Shown piece after piece: positions 57,633 to 64,000 of a stretch of DNA of 64,000 nt (the stretch's first letter is position 1; every line of letters starts with the position of its first letter). A program made the position numbers and the translations under genes. The DNA is taken from assembly GCF_029227855.1 (NCBI RefSeq), contig NZ_CP074356.1. One strand, 5' to 3'. Origin of the DNA: Escherichia coli. GTDB taxonomy: Bacteria; Pseudomonadota; Gammaproteobacteria; Enterobacterales; Enterobacteriaceae. Below the pieces are notes generated by a model that saw only the letters and a program-made list of their open reading frames with translations, was not told the DNA's origin and ran no database searches.

Positions 57633-58913
57633 ATGCCGGAAGAGAAACTACAGACGCTTTCATTGCAGGTCATTAACGGCAGTGAGCTGGAAAGCGGGCG
57701 GGCGGCGCGCTGTCTGTTCACACAGCAGGGAAATGTCGGCCATGGCCCCGAATGCCACTGGTCGGTACAGGATCGTCAGCAGAGCATTCCGGCTCAGGCT
57801 TTTACCGTTATCCTGCACGATGGCACATTTTGTCTGCGCCCGCAGACGGCACAACTGTGGCTGAACCAAGCAAAAGTCACAGCAACATCAGACCTGATAC
57901 AGCTGCGCCAGGGCGATGAGATCCAGATAGGGCGTCTGATGGTGAGGGTTCATCTGAACCGGGGAGATATCCCCCATTACGATGAGGAAATGGCCACTCC
58001 CGAAACCATCGTCACCAATCGCGATATGCTCACGGATACCCTGCTGTCAACGGAGGGTGCGCCACACTATCCGGGAATGACTCACCGGCATCAGCTTGCA
58101 GACACCGTGGTAAACGGTTTTTCTGCCGATCCACTCCAGGCTCTTCAGTCCGAAAGCCTGATTACCACGGGCGATCCGCTTTCAGGCATTGCGGCTGTCC
58201 GGCCATCGGCACCGCTGTCCGATCCGGCAAGTAATGGGGGGATCAATACGCCGTTTATGGATCTGCCGCCCATTTATGCCAGCCCCGGCGATCGTAATGA
58301 TGACGTCTCTGTGGCAGAAATGGCGCAACGCCACCTTGCGGTCACCCCCTTACTGCGCGGTCTCGGCGGTTCGCTTACCGTGAGCAATTCCGACGATGCG
58401 GATGATTTTCTGGAAGAGGCCGGACGAACGTTACAGGCCGCAATAAAAGGTCTGCTCGATTTGCAGCAACAGCGTAACAGCCTCTCAGACAAACATTTGC
58501 GCCCGCTGGAAGATAACCCGCTGCGCCTGAACATGGATTACGCCACCGCGCTCGACGTGATGTTTGCCGAAGGTAAAAGTCCGGTACATCTGGCGGCTCC
58601 CGCCGCTGTCAGTGAAAGCCTGCGCAATGTCCGCCACCACGAAGAAGCTAACCGGGCAGCGATTGTGGAGTCGCTTCGTGTCCTGCTGGATGCTTTCTCA
58701 CCACAAAATCTGCTGCGCCGCTTTGTGCAGTACCGCCGCAGCCATGAACTGCGCCAGCCGCTGGATGATGCCGGAGCATGGCAAATGTACAGCCATTATT
58801 ACGAAGAACTGGCCTCCGATCGCCAGCAGGGGTTTGAGATGCTGTTTAACGAGGTCTACGCCCAGGTCTATGACCGGGTGCTTCGTGAAAAACAGCGGGA
58901 GCCGGAAGCATGA
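57633..58913 (+). CDS. tagH: T6SS-associated FHA-domain protein (TagH/Fha)
   Basis: ORF track (57612-58913); start set at ATG 57633 after GGAG; N-terminal FHA-like domain. Confidence 0.7.
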   Translation: MPEEKLQTLSLQVINGSELESGRAARCLFTQQGNVGHGPECHWSVQDRQQSIPAQAFTVILHDGTFCLRPQTAQLWLNQAKVTATSDLIQLRQGDEIQIGRLMVRVHLNRGDIPHYDEEMATPETIVTNRDMLTDTLLSTEGAPHYPGMTHRHQLADTVVNGFSADPLQALQSESLITTGDPLSGIAAVRPSAPLSDPASNGGINTPFMDLPPIYASPGDRNDDVSVAEMAQRHLAVTPLLRGLGGSLTVSNSDDADDFLEEAGRTLQAAIKGLLDLQQQRNSLSDKHLRPLEDNPLRLNMDYATALDVMFAEGKSPVHLAAPAAVSESLRNVRHHEEANRAAIVESLRVLLDAFSPQNLLRRFVQYRRSHELRQPLDDAGAWQMYSHYYEELASDRQQGFEMLFNEVYAQVYDRVLREKQREPEA

Positions 58914-59434
58914 ACAGGAAGGCGTTTCTGGCCTGCGTGCTGATGTGCGTCATATTAACCGGCTGCGAAACGGCGAAAAAAATCAGCGAGGTGATCAAAA
59001 ACCCGGATATCCAGGTCGGGAGCCTGAAGGAGCAACCTTCGGAAATAACCGTCACCCTGCTGACCGAACCGGACACCAATACCAATGCGGAGGGTGAATC
59101 AGCCGCCGTGGATGTGCAACTGGTGTACCTGACTGACGACTCAAAATTGCTGGCAGCCGACTATGACCAGATAGCCAGTACGCCGCTACCGGATGTGTTG
59201 GGTAAAAACTATATCGACCACCAGGATTTCAACCTGTTGCCGGACACCATCAAAACCCTGCCGCCGGTAAAGCTGGATGAGAAAACGCAGTTTATTGGTG
59301 TCGTGGCCTATTTCTCCGATGACCAGGCCACTGAATGGAAACAAATCGAGACGGTGGAAGGAACCGGCCACCATTACCGCCTGCTGGTGCATGTACGTCA
59401 AAGCAGCATCGAAATGAAAAAAGAGGATGAATAA
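58910..59434 (+). CDS. tssJ: T6SS outer-membrane lipoprotein TssJ
   Basis: ORF track, 174 aa; lipobox LTGC; ATGA overlap with the upstream gene. Confidence 0.75.
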   Translation: MNRKAFLACVLMCVILTGCETAKKISEVIKNPDIQVGSLKEQPSEITVTLLTEPDTNTNAEGESAAVDVQLVYLTDDSKLLAADYDQIASTPLPDVLGKNYIDHQDFNLLPDTIKTLPPVKLDEKTQFIGVVAYFSDDQATEWKQIETVEGTGHHYRLLVHVRQSSIEMKKEDE

Positions 59435-59436
59435 TT

Positions 59437-60768
59437 ATGGCAACCACCCGCAACAAGGTGATGTGGCAGGAAGGGATGCTGATGCGCCCACACCATTTCC
59501 AGCAACAGCAGCGTTACAACGACTACCTGGATAACCAGCGTTTCCGGGCCATGAATGATTTATCCTGGGGATTTACCGAACTCACCCTCAACAATGAACT
59601 GCTGGCGCAGGGTAAGATCATGATTGACAGCGCGTCAGGCACACTGCCCGACGGCACCGTCTTTTCTATCCCCGACCAGGACGCACTGCCCGATCCGCTG
59701 CACCCGCAACATTTTCCGGACGAAAGAAGCCGCAATATTTACCTCGCTCTGCCGGTCGCCAGTGATGTGAGAAATGAAATCAGCGACGGGCGGCGAATCG
59801 GGCGTTACCGGCTGAATTATGCCGATGTCCGGGATCTGCATTCAGAAGAAGGTGACGCGCGAACACTGACGCTGGGTCAACTGACGCCGCGCATTATGAG
59901 CGGTGCAGAAGATATGAGCGCCTATATTACGCTCCCGCTTTGCCGTATCAGCGATCGCCATGCCGACGGCTCCCTGACGCTGGATGACGATTTTATCCCC
60001 TCCTGCCAGAATATTCAGGTCAGTAAGAAACTGCGTGTTTATCTCAAAGAGGTACAGGGGGCCATTGGCGGACGGGCAAGCGATCTGGCAAACCGCATTG
60101 GCTCTCCGGCGCAGAGCGGCATCGCGGATGTGGCGGAATTTATGATGTTGCAGTTACTTAACCGTAACCAGACCCGGTTTACCCATCGCGCTCGTCGATC
60201 CCAGCTCCACCCGGAAGATTTCTACCTTGATCTTGCCGGGTTGCTGGGTGAACTGATGACCTTTACCGAGCCGTCGCGCCTGCCCTGCCCGCTTGATGTG
60301 TATGATCATCATGACCTGACCAAAACATTTAAAACGCTGTTACCGGAAGTCAAACGGGCGCTGCATACCGTACTGTCGCCAAGAGCCGTTAATCTGCCGC
60401 TGCATCTGCGTGACGGTATCTGGCAGGCCGATATCCATGACACAGAACTGCTGCAATCTGCCACCTTTGTGCTGGCCGTGGCGGCAAACATGCCGGTCGA
60501 TCAGATCCAGCGCCAGTTTATCCAGCAGTCGAAAATTTCCTCGCCGGAAAAAATCCGCAATATGGTCAGTGTGCAGATACCCGGCATTCCATTGCGTGCC
60601 CTGATGGTGGCTCCCCGCCAGCTTCCTTACCATTCCGGGTTCAGCTATTTCGAACTCGACAAGAGCGGCCAGGCCTGGACAGAAATGGCTGCCGCCGGGG
60701 CCGTTGCACTGCATGTATCCGGCAGTTTCCCGGATCTGAACATGCAACTGTGGGCGATAAGAGGGTAA
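59437..60768 (+). CDS. tssK: T6SS baseplate protein TssK
   Basis: ORF track, 443 aa. Confidence 0.85.
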   Translation: MATTRNKVMWQEGMLMRPHHFQQQQRYNDYLDNQRFRAMNDLSWGFTELTLNNELLAQGKIMIDSASGTLPDGTVFSIPDQDALPDPLHPQHFPDERSRNIYLALPVASDVRNEISDGRRIGRYRLNYADVRDLHSEEGDARTLTLGQLTPRIMSGAEDMSAYITLPLCRISDRHADGSLTLDDDFIPSCQNIQVSKKLRVYLKEVQGAIGGRASDLANRIGSPAQSGIADVAEFMMLQLLNRNQTRFTHRARRSQLHPEDFYLDLAGLLGELMTFTEPSRLPCPLDVYDHHDLTKTFKTLLPEVKRALHTVLSPRAVNLPLHLRDGIWQADIHDTELLQSATFVLAVAANMPVDQIQRQFIQQSKISSPEKIRNMVSVQIPGIPLRALMVAPRQLPYHSGFSYFELDKSGQAWTEMAAAGAVALHVSGSFPDLNMQLWAIRG

Positions 60769-60772
60769 GACG

Positions 60773-61534
60773 ATGGATGAGGGGTCACTGTCTCTGCCAC
60801 CATTTACCGGACACCACGAAAAAAGCCAGCGCGACTATCATCTCGCGCTTCGTGGCAACAGCCTGAATCCGATGATCGACGCAGCCACGCCGCTCCTCGG
60901 TATGGTGATGCGCCTTTCAACCATGAACAGTCAGACGATGCCGGAGCATCTTTTTGCTCAGGTGGTGACAGATGTTCAGGCCGTGGAGCAACTGCTTCAG
61001 GAGCAGGGCTACGAACCGGGCGTGATTATCTCGTTTCGCTACATCCTCTGCACGTTTATTGATGAAGCGGCGCTCGGTAACGGCTGGTCGAACAAGAACG
61101 AGTGGATCAAGCAGTCATTGCTGGTCCATTTCCACAACGAAGCCTGGGGTGGAGAGAAAGTTTTCATCCTGCTGGAGCGCCTGATCCGTGAACCCAAACG
61201 TTACCAGGATCTGCTGGAATTTCTCTGGATCTGTTTTTCTCTGGGATTTCGCGGGCGCTACAAAGTGGCAGCACAGGATCAGGGGGAATTTGAGCAGATC
61301 TACCGCCGTCTGTACCACGTTCTGCATAAACTGCGCGGCGATGCCCCTTTCCCGCTGTTACACCAGGACAAAAAAACCCAGGGCGGGCGTTATCAGCTCA
61401 TCAGTCGCCTGACTGTTAAACATATTTTTTGTGGTGGCGTTGTCGTGCTGGCGTTGTTTTACCTGTTCTATCTGTTGCGGCTGGACAGCCAGACGCAGGA
61501 CATCCTGCACCAGCTAAACAAATTACTTCGATAA
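60773..61534 (+). CDS. tssL: T6SS membrane complex protein TssL (DotU-like)
   Basis: ORF track, 253 aa; C-terminal TM anchor. Confidence 0.8.
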   Translation: MDEGSLSLPPFTGHHEKSQRDYHLALRGNSLNPMIDAATPLLGMVMRLSTMNSQTMPEHLFAQVVTDVQAVEQLLQEQGYEPGVIISFRYILCTFIDEAALGNGWSNKNEWIKQSLLVHFHNEAWGGEKVFILLERLIREPKRYQDLLEFLWICFSLGFRGRYKVAAQDQGEFEQIYRRLYHVLHKLRGDAPFPLLHQDKKTQGGRYQLISRLTVKHIFCGGVVVLALFYLFYLLRLDSQTQDILHQLNKLLR

Positions 61535-61542
61535 GGACGTTT

Positions 61543-64000
61543 ATGATCCAGATTGATCTTCCCACGCTGGTAAAACGGCTGAACCTGTTCTCCCGCCAGG
61601 CGCTGGAGATGGCCGCCTCTGAATGTATGAGTCAGCAGGCAGCGGAAATTACCGTCAGCCATGTGCTTATTCAGATGCTCGCCATGCCACGCAGCGACCT
61701 GCGGGTTATTACCCGCCAGGGCGATATTGGCATGGAAGAGTTGCGCCAGGCGCTGACGGTGGAGAACTACACAACTGCCCGTTCTGCGGACAGCTACCCG
61801 GCATTTTCCCCGATGCTGGTTGAGTGGCTGAAAGAGGGCTGGCTGCTGGCGTCGGCTGAGATGCAGCACAGCGAATTGCGTGGCGGCGTGTTGCTGCTGG
61901 CCCTGCTGCATTCGCCGCTGCGTTATATACCGCCTGCTGCCGCCCGGTTGTTGACCGGCATTAACCGTGACCGTCTGCAACAGGACTTTGTACAGTGGAC
62001 ACAGGAGTCGGCGGAATCAGTCGTGCCGGATGCAGACGGTAAAGTCGCAGGCACACTGACGGACGCTGCTGACACCCTGCTTGCCCGCTACGCCAAAAAC
62101 ATGACCGCAGACGCCCGTAACGGCAGGCTTGACCCGGTACTGTGCCGCGACCACGAAATCGACCTGATGATCGACATTCTCTGCCGCCGCCGCAAGAACA
62201 ACCCGGTGGTGGTGGGCGAAGCAGGCGTGGGTAAAAGTGCCTTAATCGAAGGGCTGGCGCTGCGCATCGTGGCAGGCCAGGTGCCGGACAAACTGAAAAA
62301 CACCGATATCATGACCCTTGACCTAGGCGCATTGCAGGCCGGGGCGTCGGTGAAGGGCGAATTCGAAAAACGCTTCAAGGGGCTGATGGCGGAGGTCATT
62401 TCCTCTCCGGTGCCGGTCATTCTGTTTATTGACGAAGCACATACCCTGATTGGCGCGGGCAACCAGCAGGGCGGGCTGGATATCTCCAACCTGCTCAAAC
62501 CGGCGCTGGCGCGCGGCGAACTGAAAACCATCGCCGCCACCACCTGGAGCGAATACAAAAAATACTTCGAGAAAGATGCCGCCCTGTCGCGCCGCTTCCA
62601 GCTGGTGAAGGTCAGCGAACCCAACGCCGCCGAAGCCACCATTATTCTGCGTGGTCTGTCGGCGGTCTATGAACAGTCTCACGGCGTGCTGATTGATGAT
62701 GACGCCTTGCAGGCCGCAGCAACGCTGAGCGAACGTTATCTCTCCGGGCGTCAGTTGCCGGACAAAGCCATTGATGTGCTGGATACCGCCTGCGCCCGCG
62801 TCGCCATTAACCTTTCCTCGCCGCCGAAGCAAATCTCGGCGCTGACCACTCTGAGCCACCAGCAGGAGGCGGAAATTCGCCAGCTTGAGCGCGAGCTTCG
62901 CATCGGGCTGCGTACCAACACCTCACGGATGACCGAGGTGCTGGTGCAGTACGATGAAACGCTGACGGCGCTGGATGAACTGGAAGCGGCCTGGCATCAG
63001 CAGCAGGCGCTGGTCCGGGAGATTATCGCGCTGCGCCAGCAGTTGCTGGGCGTGGCAGAAGACGATGCGGCGTCGTTGCCGGACGCAGATGCCGCGGAGG
63101 ATACGCCGCCAGAGTCAGAGTCAGAGTCAGAGTCAGAGTCAGAGTCAGAGTCAGAACAGGATAATACCGGTGCCGTACCGGCTGATGAGGCCGACAGAGA
63201 ACAGCCGGAAGAGACCGCTGAAACAGTTTCCCCGGTACAGCGGCTGGCCCAGCTCACTGCCGAACTGGACGCCCTGCATAACGACCGGTTGCTGGTCTCC
63301 CCGCACGTCGATAAAAAACAGATTGCGGCGGTGATTGCCGAATGGACCGGCGTGCCGCTCAACCGCCTGTCGCAGAATGAAATGTCGGTCATCACCGACC
63401 TGCCGAAATTGCTGGGCGACACCATCAAAGGCCAAGACCTGGCGATTGCCAGCCTGCATAAGCATCTACTGACCGCACGCGCCGACCTGCGTCTTCCGGG
63501 ACGCCCGCTCGGTGCGTTCCTGCTGGCTGGCCCCAGCGGTGTGGGTAAAACCGAAACCGTCCTGCAACTGGCAGAGCTGCTCTACGGCGGTCGCCAGTAC
63601 CTGACCACCATCAATATGTCCGAATTCCAGGAGAAACACACCGTCTCGCGGCTGATTGGTTCGCCTCCGGGCTACGTTGGCTACGGTGAAGGCGGCGTAC
63701 TGACCGAAGCGATTCGCCAGAAACCCTACTCGGTAGTACTGCTCGATGAAGTGGAAAAAGCGCACCCGGATGTGCTCAACCTGTTCTACCAGTCGTTCGA
63801 TAAGGGCGAAATGGCAGACGGTGAAGGCCGCCTGATTGACTGCAAAAATATCGTCTTCTTCCTGACGTCCAACCTCGGCTACCAGGTAATAGTCGAGCAC
63901 GCCGATGACCCGGAAACCATGCAGGAAGAACTGTATCCGGTGCTGGCCGACTTCTTCAAACCTGCCCTGCTGGCGCGTATGGAAGTGGTGCCGTATCTGC
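61543..64000 (+). CDS. clpV: T6SS AAA+ ATPase ClpV (TssH), 5' part; gene runs off the window end
   Basis: ATG at 61543 after AAGGA; hand translation begins MIQIDLPTLVKRLNLFSRQALEMAA...; Walker A motifs GEAGVGKSA (~62215) and GPSGVGKTE (~63530); not in the ORF track because no stop lies in the window. Confidence 0.85.
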   Translation, partial: MIQIDLPTLVKRLNLFSRQALEMAASECMSQQAAEITVSHVLIQMLAMPRSDLRVITRQGDIGMEELRQALTVENYTTARSADSYPAFSPMLVEWLKEGWLLASAEMQHSELRGGVLLLALLHSPLRYIPPAAARLLTGINRDRLQQDFVQWTQESAESVVPDADGKVAGTLTDAADTLLARYAKNMTADARNGRLDPVLCRDHEIDLMIDILCRRRKNNPVVVGEAGVGKSALIEGLALRIVAGQVPDKLKNTDIMTLDLGALQAGASVKGEFEKRFKGLMAEVISSPVPVILFIDEAHTLIGAGNQQGGLDISNLLKPALARGELKTIAATTWSEYKKYFEKDAALSRRFQLVKVSEPNAAEATIILRGLSAVYEQSHGVLIDDDALQAAATLSERYLSGRQLPDKAIDVLDTACARVAINLSSPPKQISALTTLSHQQEAEIRQLERELRIGLRTNTSRMTEVLVQYDETLTALDELEAAWHQQQALVREIIALRQQLLGVAEDDAASLPDADAAEDTPPESESESESESESESEQDNTGAVPADEADREQPEETAETVSPVQRLAQLTAELDALHNDRLLVSPHVDKKQIAAVIAEWTGVPLNRLSQNEMSVITDLPKLLGDTIKGQDLAIASLHKHLLTARADLRLPGRPLGAFLLAGPSGVGKTETVLQLAELLYGGRQYLTTINMSEFQEKHTVSRLIGSPPGYVGYGEGGVLTEAIRQKPYSVVLLDEVEKAHPDVLNLFYQSFDKGEMADGEGRLIDCKNIVFFLTSNLGYQVIVEHADDPETMQEELYPVLADFFKPALLARMEVVPYL
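63112..63153 (+). repeat. in-frame hexanucleotide tandem repeat (GAGTCA)x7 inside clpV, encoding (Glu-Ser)7
   Basis: Seven perfect GAGTCA units, in frame with clpV from 61543. Confidence 0.9.

Overview
This window reads as an Escherichia coli-type chromosomal segment with three blocks. (1) 1-33,882: a lateral flagellar (Flag-2-like) locus of about 40 genes, all apparently intact in this window, including a sigma54 activator, an embedded glycosyltransferase plus CDP-glycerol module, and two consensus sigma54 promoters. (2) 33,919-41,706: conserved backbone genes (HicB-like ORF, yafL, yafK, yafJ, gmhA, fadE, ivy, yafV) with REP elements and intrinsic terminators. (3) 41,745-64,000: a type VI secretion island that begins with IS remnants (IS256-family fragment, ISAs1 H-repeat pseudogene), then immunity gene, PAAR-Rhs effector, vgrG and hcp on the minus strand, an AT-rich divergent control region, and tssB, tssC, tssE, tssF, tssG, fha, tssJ, tssK, tssL, clpV (partial) on the plus strand. 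No rRNA, tRNA or CRISPR array was seen. All assignments come from reading the supplied ORF translations and the DNA by eye; no database search was run, so family names are recognition-based. Both the Flag-2 locus and this T6SS type are already-described systems; the parts I cannot place in what I know are the glycerol-phosphate/glycosyltransferase module inside the flagellar locus, the Rhs C-terminal toxin and its immunity gene, a TssC-N-terminus-like mini-ORF, and several structured intergenic repeats.
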